A stretch of 64,000 bases of DNA from contig CAZCXU010000001.1 in NCBI GenBank assembly GCA_964502885.1, positions 93,352 through 157,351 on the forward strand. The letters are read 5' to 3'. This document shows positions 1 to 9,508 of the stretch, one piece after another (within the stretch, counting starts at the first letter, position 1; the number at the start of each line of letters is the position of its first letter). The DNA is from an uncultured Gammaproteobacteria bacterium (GTDB taxonomy: Bacteria > Patescibacteriota > Microgenomatia > CAZETR01 > Amesbacteraceae). The notes below the pieces were generated by a model, which was not told where the DNA came from, searched no databases, and saw nothing but the letters and a program-made list of their open reading frames with translations. Made by a program: the position numbers and the translations under genes.

Positions 1-636
1 GCTGATGCTATCAACGGGACATTAGTTGCCCCTGGAGAAATTTTTTCGTTTAACAAAACGGTTGGGGAAATTTCAGGTGATACCGGGTATAAACAGGCAT
101 ACATAATTAAGGAGGGAAAAACAATTTTAGGAGACGGAGGTGGAGTATGCCAGGTATCGAGCACTTTATTTCGAGCCGCCTTGAATACCGGACTTCCAAT
201 TGAAGAGCGCACCGCACACGCCTACAGGGTTCACTATTATGAGGAGAAATACCAGCCTGGATTTGATGCAACGGTATTTCAGCCTGCTCCGGATTTCAAA
301 TTTAGAAACGATACGTCGAGACACATTCTTATCCAGACAGTGTTTGATGAAAAAGCAAAATATCTGGCTATTGAAATTTATGGGACAAGCGACGGAAGAA
401 AAGCTGAGGTGTCAAAATCGCGAATTTGGGAAGTTACCCCTCCGCCACCTGACCTATACCAGGACGACCCCACCCTGCCACTAGGAAAGATTGTACAAGT
501 CGAGCATTCGGCATGGGGAGCAAAAGTAGCCTTTGATTGGAAAGTGACCCGCGGAGATGAAGTACTACAACAACGTACGTTTTACTCAAATTACAAAAAT
601 TGGCAGGCTGTGTATCTTCGGGGAACAAAAATATAA
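1..636 (+). CDS. VanW-like domain protein (5'-truncated by window edge)
   Basis: Frame 1 is open from nt 1. Motif GDGGGVCQVSSTLFRAAL is typical of the VanW family. Confidence 0.6.
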   Translation, partial: ADAINGTLVAPGEIFSFNKTVGEISGDTGYKQAYIIKEGKTILGDGGGVCQVSSTLFRAALNTGLPIEERTAHAYRVHYYEEKYQPGFDATVFQPAPDFKFRNDTSRHILIQTVFDEKAKYLAIEIYGTSDGRKAEVSKSRIWEVTPPPPDLYQDDPTLPLGKIVQVEHSAWGAKVAFDWKVTRGDEVLQQRTFYSNYKNWQAVYLRGTKI

Positions 637-641
637 GATCC

Positions 642-1415
642 TTACGGTTGAAAAACTGATTCGGGAAGAATCGTTACATGCTTGACTTCAGGAAACTGCA
701 AGGCGGATTGTTCTAGACGAGTGCGGTGACTCATCTGAAGACAGGAGCCTCCAGAAGTTAAGCCGGGAATTTCTGAAATGACCAGTACCAATTCACCGTT
801 ACGCAAACTGAGCTCTTTGATGGTAAGGCGGGGATCGATTTCGGATAACTGGCGAGAAAGAGTTTCTCTGATCGGAGTTTTTGACAAACCAAGTTGAACA
901 GGACGAGGAGTTACGACATTGCACAGCTCATCTGAGACGTTTTCCTGACGATCAAAAAGATAAGCAGTACCTACCGCTCGCGCGGAAAACTCTACCGGCA
1001 GCTCGTACGATTTCATATTTTCGGCAAGACCACTGGGGTTATCGTTTTGAAACACTAAGAAACCAGACCCGCTAGAGACAGGTAGACCGTAGGATTGAGT
1101 AAACAGAAGCAACTCGTCTTCGCTGGAGGTTGGGGCAGGCACGGGGATACTTCGCGATAGAAGGATCTCCCTGCCTGAACTGAGAACCTGAACCTGAAAT
1201 TGGCCCTCAAATGTCCAGGATTTGGGGACATAGCCCTTTATCATCAGCACTCCGGTCAGAACAGAGGATGGTTTAGGAAGAAGCAACTGAAAAGCGGGCA
1301 TAGTCTCTGATACTGGCGACATGCGCATTCTGGATTCAGGGAGATTGGTGTAAAACAAAAAAGCGATTATTGTACCAACACCAAGCAAAATACCGATTTT
1401 GAGAAGCGCGCTCAT
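642..1415 (-). CDS. hypothetical secreted/membrane-anchored protein (GerMN/Gmad2-like, tentative)
   Basis: 257-aa ORF with an N-terminal hydrophobic anchor. No firm family assignment. Confidence 0.45.
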   Translation of the reverse strand: MSALLKIGILLGVGTIIAFLFYTNLPESRMRMSPVSETMPAFQLLLPKPSSVLTGVLMIKGYVPKSWTFEGQFQVQVLSSGREILLSRSIPVPAPTSSEDELLLFTQSYGLPVSSGSGFLVFQNDNPSGLAENMKSYELPVEFSARAVGTAYLFDRQENVSDELCNVVTPRPVQLGLSKTPIRETLSRQLSEIDPRLTIKELSLRNGELVLVISEIPGLTSGGSCLQMSHRTRLEQSALQFPEVKHVTILPESVFQP

Positions 1416-1429
1416 CGGCTAAAGTATAA

Positions 1430-2485
1430 TTGGCGGGAATGAAACTAGTCAAAGAGACCCAACAGATTATTCCAGAGGCTGTCTCGGTTCTAAATAAAGG
1501 AGGATTGGTAATCTTCCCATGCGAGACGGTGTATGGTGTGGCGGCTGATGCCAGCAACGAGGCGGCAGTGAGAAGACTTAATGCGTACAAACAACGCCCA
1601 ACAGGAAAACCATATGCGATTATGGTTTCGGATATGGCCATGGCGCAACAATATGTAGAAATTAACCAGACTGCCAGAAACTTATATAAAAAGTTTTTAC
1701 CTGGACCGTTAACAATAGTGTCAAAAGGAAAACACAAAGTTGCCTCCGGAGTTGAGTCAGAAAACGGATCCTTGGGAGTGAGAATTCCAGATTACGATTT
1801 TTTACTAAGATTGATTACTTCATTTGGCAAGCCGATAGTCGCAACATCTGCAAACGCCAGTTACAAGAAACGACCTTATAAGCTGGATGATGTTTTTGAA
1901 AATATTTCCCAGGACCAAAAACAACTGATTGATTTGGCTATCGATGCAGGGGAGTTGCCACACAATGAACCGTCTACCGTAGTGGATACGACTTTGGACG
2001 ATGCAACAATACTTCGACAAGGAGAGATCAGATTTTCAGAGGAAAACAGAGTAATAAGCCGAAGCGAAGAGAACACCCAGAATATTGGCAAGGAATTGTG
2101 GCAGAAGTACGAACACTTTTTGCATCAGCGAGCAATCGTATTTGCCCTTTCAGGAGAAATGGGGGCGGGAAAAACGCAACTCACAAAAGGGATAGCCAAA
2201 GCGATGGGAATTACTGACACAGTTGTCTCCCCCACTTTTAGTCTGGAAATCGAATATGACAACTTGGTTCACATAGATGCCTGGAGAATTGAGAACGAGA
2301 AAGAAGTTGAACAAATGGGTTATGTAAAGCGAATTTCGGAAAAGAGCGTCATAGTGATCGAGTGGGCCGAAAAAATCGGAAACTTAATTCGCAGATATGA
2401 TGATGATGCGATTGTGGTTTGGATAAAGATCAAATATGGATTCAGCGAGAATGAACGAATTATCTCCTGGGGGGTTGAGGCTTAA
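1430..2485 (+). CDS. tsaC-tsaE: TsaC/YrdC (threonylcarbamoyl-AMP synthase) fused to TsaE/YjeE ATPase
   Basis: The N-terminal half is YrdC-like. The C-terminal half carries the TsaE P-loop LSGEMGAGKTQLTKGIAKAMG. Confidence 0.7.
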   Translation: MAGMKLVKETQQIIPEAVSVLNKGGLVIFPCETVYGVAADASNEAAVRRLNAYKQRPTGKPYAIMVSDMAMAQQYVEINQTARNLYKKFLPGPLTIVSKGKHKVASGVESENGSLGVRIPDYDFLLRLITSFGKPIVATSANASYKKRPYKLDDVFENISQDQKQLIDLAIDAGELPHNEPSTVVDTTLDDATILRQGEIRFSEENRVISRSEENTQNIGKELWQKYEHFLHQRAIVFALSGEMGAGKTQLTKGIAKAMGITDTVVSPTFSLEIEYDNLVHIDAWRIENEKEVEQMGYVKRISEKSVIVIEWAEKIGNLIRRYDDDAIVVWIKIKYGFSENERIISWGVEA

Positions 2486-2486
2486 G

Positions 2487-3539
2487 ATGAAAACGGCTGA
2501 ACTAATATTGGCTATTGATACATCGTGTGATGAAACAGCTGTATCTGTAACATGTGGCACAAATGTACTTGCAAACATAGTCTGGTCTCAGGCGCAGCAA
2601 CACGCGGAATTTGGCGGAGTGATGCCATCGCTGGCGAAACGGATGCACGCAGAGCGCATCACTGAAGTAACACAAAAAGCTCTGGGCCGGGCAGGTATAG
2701 ACAAAAGAGAAATTGACTGTGTGGCGGTCACTACTGGGCCGGGCCTGGCCATTGCGCTGGAGGTAGGAATTCTGGCCGCAAAAACCATTTCTAATGAACT
2801 CGGAATACCCTTACTGGCGATAAATCACATAGAAGGACATCTATTGAGCAACCTGGCTGTGCCACGCAATAAACCCGCAACCTCTTTTGAATTTCCAGCA
2901 TTAGGACTGGTCATTTCCGGGGGACACACAGAATTAGTACATATTAGGAAATTTGGGCAATATCAAATTCTTGCCCAAACGCAAGATGACGCACTAGGAG
3001 AGGCGCTCGACAAAGCAGCCCGAATGTTGGGATTGGGATATCCGGGTGGAGCTGTTTTGGAAAAGATGGCAAAGTTTGGAGATCCAAAGGCTTATTCCCT
3101 GCCATTACCTATGGCGAGGCAGAGAAATTTTGAGGCGTTTAGTTATTCCGGACTAAAAACAGCTTTTTTCAGGTTAACCAATGAAATCGGAACTAAGAGC
3201 TCAACGAGACAACAAACATACAACCTGGCGGCTACTTTTCAAAATCGCGCCTTTCAGCACCTTGAAAAAGTTTGTAGCGCTCAAATAGAAAGACTTGGCA
3301 ATGAAAAGCCAAAATACTTGTGGGTCGGTGGAGGGGTGGCAGCAAATGCTTTACTGCGCAAAAGACTTAGAAGAATGGCAGAAGACTTTGGACTAAAGAC
3401 CAGATTCCCCTATTCAAAAAAACTGATCGGCGATAATGCGGCAATGATAGGTGTTGCCGCTTATTTACGCCGCACTGCTGGCATTGATGACAATATTATC
3501 CAACCAGACAGACGACCGAGATGGACGATTGGAAGCTAA
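2487..3539 (+). CDS. tsaD: tRNA N6-adenosine threonylcarbamoyltransferase TsaD (Kae1/Gcp family)
   Basis: MKTAELILAIDTSCDETAVSV... The likely start at 2487 sits one nt after the tsaC-tsaE stop. The ORF track starts at 2436 and overlaps the upstream gene. Confidence 0.85.
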   Translation: MKTAELILAIDTSCDETAVSVTCGTNVLANIVWSQAQQHAEFGGVMPSLAKRMHAERITEVTQKALGRAGIDKREIDCVAVTTGPGLAIALEVGILAAKTISNELGIPLLAINHIEGHLLSNLAVPRNKPATSFEFPALGLVISGGHTELVHIRKFGQYQILAQTQDDALGEALDKAARMLGLGYPGGAVLEKMAKFGDPKAYSLPLPMARQRNFEAFSYSGLKTAFFRLTNEIGTKSSTRQQTYNLAATFQNRAFQHLEKVCSAQIERLGNEKPKYLWVGGGVAANALLRKRLRRMAEDFGLKTRFPYSKKLIGDNAAMIGVAAYLRRTAGIDDNIIQPDRRPRWTIGS

Positions 3540-3714
3540 GGCTCTATAATGATGGCAGTATTGACAATTGAGCGGACCAGTCACCCGCGAGTCACGCCGA
3601 AGAACAGGGTCAACAATGTCTCTAAGTAGAACGGCACAACGAGAAGTAAATAAGGTGGTACCACGAGATCCCGCTCGTCCTTATAATGTTGAGGAAGCGG
3701 GTTTTTTGTGAAAT
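3522..3714 (+). promoter_or_regulatory. Putative sigma-70 promoter plus short T-box riboswitch leader of valS
   Basis: Promoter: -35 TGGACG, 17-nt spacer, -10 TATAAT at 3545-3550. T-box motif AAATAAGGTGGTACCACGAG at 3647-3666. The antiterminator has ATAAGG (3649-3654) pairing with CCTTAT (3679-3684) and a UGGUACC bulge. A competing terminator hairpin follows. Confidence 0.55.
3670..3707 (+). terminator. Intrinsic terminator of the T-box leader
   Basis: Stem CCCGCTCGTCC (3670-3680) / GGAAGCGGG (3693-3701) followed by TTTTTT (3702-3707), 8 nt before the valS ATG. Confidence 0.55.
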
Positions 3715-5961
3715 ATGGACAAAGCATACGACCACAAAAAATATGAGGACCAAATCTATGAGATGTGGGAGACTAGTGGGGCATTTAAACCTGCAGCAAC
3801 CGGAACTCCATATACAGTTCTAATGCCCCCACCAAACGCAAATGCATCCCTGCACGCCGGCCATGCGATGTATACCATTGATGACATTGTTACCAGGTGG
3901 AAAAGAATGCAGGGCTACTCGACGGTGTGGATTCCAGGAATGGATCATGCAGGGTTTGAGACGCAGTTTGTTTATGAAAAGAACCTGGCTAAAGAAGGTA
4001 AATCGAGATTGAATTTTGACCGGAAAACCCTATATAACAACATCTTCCAGTTTGTAAAAAACAATTCGGGTTTGATATACAAACAGTTTCGGAAACTAGG
4101 GTTATCCGCTGATTGGGACCGCAGCGTATTTACTCTAGACAGACGTGTAGTCGAACGGGTTTATGAAACTTTTAGACGGATGGAAAGAGAGGGTAAGGTT
4201 TACAGGGACAACTACATGGTGAACTATTGCACACACTGCGGAACTTCCCTGTCTGAACTCGAAGTTGATCACGAGGAAAGAGTGGATCCGCTGTACTACT
4301 TAAGGTACGGCCCTTTTGTGTTGGCCACAGTAAGGCCGGAAACAAAGTTTGGAGATACAGCTGTGGCGGTTCATCCGGGCGACAACAGGTATACAAGTCT
4401 GGTAGGTAAGGAGATTGAAGTGGATGGGTTGATTGGAAAATTCAAGGTGAAAGTGATTGCAGATGAAGCTGTTGATCGGGAGTTTGGAACAGGAGCAGTA
4501 AAAGTAACCCCAGCACATGACCCGACTGATTTTGAGATGGGGAAACGTCACAATCTGGAAATAAAACAGGTAATTGGTCTTGATGGGCGATTAAACGAAA
4601 AGTCTGGTAAATATGCGGGTTTGAAAGTAGCTGAGGCGAGAAAGGCTGTTGTTGCGGATTTGCAGAGTGCTGGCTTACTGGAAAAAGTTGATGAGAATTA
4701 CAAACACGCGGTATCCATTTGCTACAAGTGTAAAAGAACGCTCGAACCCACAATCATCCCTAACTGGTTTGTACGCATAAACGATTTGAAAAAACCAGTT
4801 ATTGAAGCAGTAAATCGTGATGAGGTGAGGTTTTTTCCTAAGAAATTTAAGAGATTAATGTTGGACTGGTTAAAGAGAATGCACGACTGGCCCATCAGCC
4901 GGCAAATTGTCTGGGGAATTCGGATTCCGGTGTGGTATGAGTTGGATTTTCAAAAAGAAAATATTTGGGCGGGATGGCTGGATAAAGAGGGAAAGTTTCA
5001 ACAATCATCTGTTAGTCATGCTCTGAAACAGGGCACTCCCCTATCGGAAATTGTGGACGGGCTGCAATGGATCAGAACCAGCACAGGAGAGTCGGCCCCC
5101 AGATATGTGGTTTCAGAGGAGAAACCCGCGGACGGAAAAATATATTTGCCGGAGACAGACACCTTTGACACCTGGTTTTCCTCCAGCCAATGGCCACTAG
5201 TAACCCTGGATGAACATGAGTTTGCCACAAGATTCCCTTCCGATTTCATGGGCACATTGGAGGATATACTCCCCTTTTGGATTTCACGAATGATTTTGTT
5301 TGGAGAATATGTGAAACAAGGTGTTCCATTTAAACAGGTGTACTTGTGGTCAAAAGTGACTGATAGCAAGGGGCAAAAAATGAGCAAAAGCAAAGGAAAT
5401 GTGGTCAATCCGGTTGATTTTATTGATAAATACGGAGCTGATGCGGTAAGAATGGCTCTTGTTTTTGGTGTCGCTCCAGGGAGCTCAATCCCCTTTTCCG
5501 AAGGCAAAATTAGGGGCATGCGTAATTTTGCTAATAAACTTTGGAATGTGGCACGGTTTGTCTTTACGACTATTCAGGATACTGCTCAAGGAGAAGCAAT
5601 TTCCAACGAAGTACAAGAATCTTTGAATAGCCGTCTGGAGACAATTAGACAAAAGTCGGAGCTGGTTCAAAAAAAGGTCTCATTAAGTTTAGAGCACCTA
5701 CGTTTCAATGATGCTGCAGAATATATCTATGAATACGCCTGGCACGAATTCGCTGACAAAGATTTGGAATTTATAAAGACAAGAATTAATTCTGGAGCAC
5801 GAGTAAATGGCAGGTCAAAAAAGGATCTTACGGCTGCATTAATCAATATTCTGACAAGTGTTCACCCGTTAATGCCGTTTGTTTCAGAGGCAATCTGGCA
5901 GGAGGGTATCAGACAAAATCTATCAGGATTTACAGGAATGCTAATAAGAAAAGTCTGGTAG
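3715..5961 (+). CDS. valS: valyl-tRNA synthetase (short form lacking the C-terminal coiled coil)
   Basis: PPPNANASLHAGHA (HIGH region, ValRS-type PPPN...GSLHMGHA) and KMSKSKGN. 748 aa. Confidence 0.8.
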   Translation: MDKAYDHKKYEDQIYEMWETSGAFKPAATGTPYTVLMPPPNANASLHAGHAMYTIDDIVTRWKRMQGYSTVWIPGMDHAGFETQFVYEKNLAKEGKSRLNFDRKTLYNNIFQFVKNNSGLIYKQFRKLGLSADWDRSVFTLDRRVVERVYETFRRMEREGKVYRDNYMVNYCTHCGTSLSELEVDHEERVDPLYYLRYGPFVLATVRPETKFGDTAVAVHPGDNRYTSLVGKEIEVDGLIGKFKVKVIADEAVDREFGTGAVKVTPAHDPTDFEMGKRHNLEIKQVIGLDGRLNEKSGKYAGLKVAEARKAVVADLQSAGLLEKVDENYKHAVSICYKCKRTLEPTIIPNWFVRINDLKKPVIEAVNRDEVRFFPKKFKRLMLDWLKRMHDWPISRQIVWGIRIPVWYELDFQKENIWAGWLDKEGKFQQSSVSHALKQGTPLSEIVDGLQWIRTSTGESAPRYVVSEEKPADGKIYLPETDTFDTWFSSSQWPLVTLDEHEFATRFPSDFMGTLEDILPFWISRMILFGEYVKQGVPFKQVYLWSKVTDSKGQKMSKSKGNVVNPVDFIDKYGADAVRMALVFGVAPGSSIPFSEGKIRGMRNFANKLWNVARFVFTTIQDTAQGEAISNEVQESLNSRLETIRQKSELVQKKVSLSLEHLRFNDAAEYIYEYAWHEFADKDLEFIKTRINSGARVNGRSKKDLTAALINILTSVHPLMPFVSEAIWQEGIRQNLSGFTGMLIRKVW

Positions 5962-5988
5962 GGAAGAAGGCTGATTTGGAGAGGATTA

Positions 5989-6666
5989 TTATTCCGGTTT
6001 TTCGGCTTCTTTCGTTTGTTCGGTGTTCTTTTCGGGGGCTCCATCTTCGATGGGGGCAACTTCTCCCTCGGCAGGTGTCACGGACGGAACAATCTCTTCT
6101 TTGGCTAAGGCTTCGATCTGCACTATGGTGTTTTCCGGACTTGTCACAATCTTCAAGCGTGTAGTGTCGAGACTGAGGTCTCCTACAGTAATATGAGAGC
6201 CTACCTCAGCAAGACTGGAAACATCGACTTGAATATTCTCAGGCATATCCGCAGGTAAGGCTTCGATCTCTACTTCATGCAGTTGCTGAACCATAATTCC
6301 CAACTTGTCTTTTTCTGCCAAAGACTCCCCCACGAGGACAATCTGAACAGGGGCAGTAACCTTTTGCTTAAGATCTACCTGATGAAATGCAACATGAAGG
6401 ACATCCGAAGTCACAGGGTCTCGTGACACCTGACTTACAAAAACAGGTCTGGGATCTTTTTCGGAATCAATATGCAAATAAGCCAAACTTGACTCCCCCA
6501 CTTTGGCATAAAAAGCGGCAAACTCCTTAGTGTTTACCTGGATGTCCAAGCTGGTTATTTTGTTCCCAAAAACATTAGCTGGAACTGTACCACCTAAACG
6601 AAGACGTTTTACTTTTCGACCGACAAGTTCCCTTTTTTGGCAATTAAGATAGTGTTTTTCGGCCAT
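5989..6666 (-). CDS. rplY: 50S ribosomal protein L25 / general stress protein Ctc
   Basis: N-terminal L25 fold sequence LNCQKRELVGRKVKRLRLGGTVPANVFG, with an acidic C-terminal tail. Confidence 0.7.
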   Translation of the reverse strand: MAEKHYLNCQKRELVGRKVKRLRLGGTVPANVFGNKITSLDIQVNTKEFAAFYAKVGESSLAYLHIDSEKDPRPVFVSQVSRDPVTSDVLHVAFHQVDLKQKVTAPVQIVLVGESLAEKDKLGIMVQQLHEVEIEALPADMPENIQVDVSSLAEVGSHITVGDLSLDTTRLKIVTSPENTIVQIEALAKEEIVPSVTPAEGEVAPIEDGAPEKNTEQTKEAEKPE

Positions 6667-6670
6667 ATAC

Positions 6671-8806
6671 TCAGTTATTCAAGATGAAATCAATGCTAAG
6701 CCTTAGTGGCTTTGAGCTCTGCGTATTATAACTGAGCTCGCCTGCTCTAGCAACTACAGGCGGATAATAGGTTGTCGAGTGCCAACTTGGAGGAAAATTT
6801 ATCGTGGAAGTCAAACGAGAAGTTGATCCTGGCTGATTTAGGAAATGAAGGAGGTAAGTAAATCTGGCAGAAACAGAACTTTTTTCCTCAAATTGAAGTT
6901 GGAACTCTGTGATTGCGTCAAGTTTTGGAATCTTAAACCCAAGCAGACTGATTCCTGACTGAAAATCTGGCTGGGAAACACTAATTGGCCAGGCAACTGA
7001 CCCTGTGAATGATTTTTTAATACTAATATTTTTTGATACTAACACCCAGAAGTACTCATCTCCCAATGCCTTGGACAGGCGGAAGTTGAGGGAGTGGGTA
7101 ATCCCCCCACCGGGCAACAGTACAGTTTCCAAATGATAGTTTGGCGCCATTACTTCAGAAGATGTGGATGTAACTGATGGATAAATTACCGAACTAGCAC
7201 AAGGAAGATGAGAGGTGCAAATTGGCATCGCGACTCCCCCACTCCAATTTATGTGTTGTAAAAGTGTGTCGCTGACGGATTGGTAGGAAATCAGGATGTG
7301 CCGGTTTTCTACCTGTCTGAATAAATAAACCAGGTCTGACATAGTGTCGGGTGTTCCAGTATTTAAATTTGTAAGTTTCTGCCAATCCCCCTCAGACAAA
7401 GAGAATACAAGGTCGGGGGACCAATTTTGAGATTTCTCAACAAACCAGGCGGCATACCTGGCTGAGAGATGAAAATCCGGTGAGTAATTATGATTGGAAA
7501 AATTCCAGATGTTTTTTTCGTAGATATCCTGAAATCCAGCTGGGCTTTGAATCAGGCCATCGATAGACTCAGCTATTTGTTGGGGAGTTTTTTCACTTAT
7601 GACTGAAATGCGGCCAGACATGATTTGCAGTAATTTCAACGACTTTACGATTCCCCCATCTGATGACATGCTGGGGTTTTCTTTTATAAGAGCTAAGACA
7701 TTAATCGGCCGAGATCCGTCAATAATTTGTTGATACGAATTTCCAAGATACACCAACTTACCTATATACGAGAGTATCTCTTTTGTAGTTATTTTGACTG
7801 ACTGCAGACTGGAACTGCTTGAATTGAGCGATGAAACTGTCGAAAGTTTTTCCTGAAAATCTGCAAATGCTGTACGAGCATGTAGTAACTGGCTCATAAG
7901 TGTCTGAGAATTGAATGATTGATTAGTAGCAGCTTGATTGACTTCTCTGATTGACAAATAGGATTGGCTTAATAGGTCAGACAGGTTTTGCGCTAGCGAC
8001 AATGGGAGTGGGTAGTTAAACATCATAGAGAAAAACGGGGAAAGGCCTGACGCTTTTATTAAAGGCCATGATGTTTTTTGGGCCACCGCAGACAACTTGA
8101 GAGCAGATCCAAAATCTGTTTTTGCATAATCGCTCAATGCGAAACCCAAAACAACCTGAAGTGACACTGTGTAGACAAGCAATAGCAATACGAAAACAAC
8201 AAACGACCGAATTATTATTTTTGACCAAGAAATAAATATGTTATGTCTGCGAGGTTTTTCATAAAGTCTTTTTACGAGTACCGGTGATGCCTTAGATGGG
8301 GCAGGAAGTTGTGTCAGGTTGTGCAAATTCTTTTTCAACAATAGCAGCAAAGAGTCCGGAAGTGGATTGTCTGCCGGCACCGGCACCACTTCAAACCGCA
8401 ACGGATACCTGCGGGCAAACTGAGCTACAAACTGAATCGCTGTCTGGACCATATGAGTGGTGGTGCTTTCAACTACCAAAATCAATTTGGCGTTTTGAGA
8501 AACAGCTCCAACGAGTAGGTGATGCAAATATGAAGTGCAGTATATTGACTGATTCAATGAGGGAGGACCAAACCCAACAAAATGATAGATGCACGAGAGG
8601 TGCAGGGGTGTCTGATTTGGAGATGTGCTGCCGATTTCACTGTGAACCTGAATTGTCTGAAGACAGGAAAATTGTACTGCAAGGTTTTTTGAAAGTTGAG
8701 TGACCTCACCAGATATGAGGACTGAATAACGGTTTGTAACTTCATTTGCAACTAATAAATTCTTATGCATTTGTTTATTTATAGCGGGCCATGAAGCGAG
8801 GTGCAA
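6671..8806 (-). CDS. hypothetical membrane-anchored protein with large extracytoplasmic domain (start uncertain)
   Basis: 711-aa ORF with a single TM segment (IFISWSKIIIRSFVVFVLLLLVYTV). The first ~190 aa look non-protein-like, so the true start may be internal. Confidence 0.45.
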   Translation of the reverse strand: MHLASWPAINKQMHKNLLVANEVTNRYSVLISGEVTQLSKNLAVQFSCLQTIQVHSEIGSTSPNQTPLHLSCIYHFVGFGPPSLNQSIYCTSYLHHLLVGAVSQNAKLILVVESTTTHMVQTAIQFVAQFARRYPLRFEVVPVPADNPLPDSLLLLLKKNLHNLTQLPAPSKASPVLVKRLYEKPRRHNIFISWSKIIIRSFVVFVLLLLVYTVSLQVVLGFALSDYAKTDFGSALKLSAVAQKTSWPLIKASGLSPFFSMMFNYPLPLSLAQNLSDLLSQSYLSIREVNQAATNQSFNSQTLMSQLLHARTAFADFQEKLSTVSSLNSSSSSLQSVKITTKEILSYIGKLVYLGNSYQQIIDGSRPINVLALIKENPSMSSDGGIVKSLKLLQIMSGRISVISEKTPQQIAESIDGLIQSPAGFQDIYEKNIWNFSNHNYSPDFHLSARYAAWFVEKSQNWSPDLVFSLSEGDWQKLTNLNTGTPDTMSDLVYLFRQVENRHILISYQSVSDTLLQHINWSGGVAMPICTSHLPCASSVIYPSVTSTSSEVMAPNYHLETVLLPGGGITHSLNFRLSKALGDEYFWVLVSKNISIKKSFTGSVAWPISVSQPDFQSGISLLGFKIPKLDAITEFQLQFEEKSSVSARFTYLLHFLNQPGSTSRLTSTINFPPSWHSTTYYPPVVARAGELSYNTQSSKPLRLSIDFILNN

Positions 8807-8972
8807 CAGATATGCGGGAAAATGCTAGTTAACAATATCTGTGTACTTACACATAATTTATACCTGATACTTACAGTATTTCGAGGCTAAACTTTTCTTG
8901 TTAATGTAAGTACATCAAAAACATGAAAATTCCCGCAAGTTTAATTCGAACTTACCAAATCATTTTGTCAAT

Positions 8973-9404
8973 CTAATTCGCGTCTAAACATCGGTTTACC
9001 AAAGCATCCGGGGCGAAATTCTGTTCACGGGGAATATGGTTAAAACTGACCTGAACATGATGTCTTGTAGAAAGGGAATTCAGCTGGCTTTTGACTTGGG
9101 ACGCTAGTTGCTGCAATGAATGATCTTTGATGCGATAAACCCCATTTAATTGGTTAACTATCAATTGCGAATCCAAATAAATTGAAATGTGTGAAACAGG
9201 ATTTCCCGGTAGAGCAGTGGCCAACCAAGACAGAGCAAGGAGTACGCCGCGATACTCGGCTTGATTGTTGGTAGTTGTACCCAAATATTGATAGTCACTG
9301 AAAATGACTTTTCCGGAGATGTTGGCGGCAACAAAAGCACAGGCTGATGGGCCAGGGTTCCCTCTGGATCCACCATCACAATTTATGGCGATGTGTCCAT
9401 TCAT
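8973..9404 (-). CDS. rnhA: ribonuclease HI
   Basis: MNGHIAINCDGGSRGNPGPSACAFV... matches the RNase H fold motifs. Confidence 0.8.
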   Translation of the reverse strand: MNGHIAINCDGGSRGNPGPSACAFVAANISGKVIFSDYQYLGTTTNNQAEYRGVLLALSWLATALPGNPVSHISIYLDSQLIVNQLNGVYRIKDHSLQQLASQVKSQLNSLSTRHHVQVSFNHIPREQNFAPDALVNRCLDAN

Positions 9405-9508
9405 AGATTTTTCGGCGATCGTACAGTCTCGCTGTGTTTTTTCTGTCGAGATAATATTTTTGATTTTATATTAAAGAGTCAATATATACTGGTCGAAATG
9501 TTATTTTG

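Noticed and set aside
8296-8703. 135-aa plus-strand ORF inside the 5' part of the 711-aa minus-strand ORF
   Set aside because: Cys/Gln-rich and non-protein-like composition with no start context. It more likely indicates that the annotated N-terminus of the minus-strand gene is over-extended than a real opposite-strand gene.
8807-8972. Inverted repeat GTGTACTTACACAT ... ATGTAAGTACATC in the rnhA / 711-aa-gene spacer
   Set aside because: Could be an operator, but it is a single occurrence with no recognisable promoter hexamers at proper spacing. Left as an observation only.
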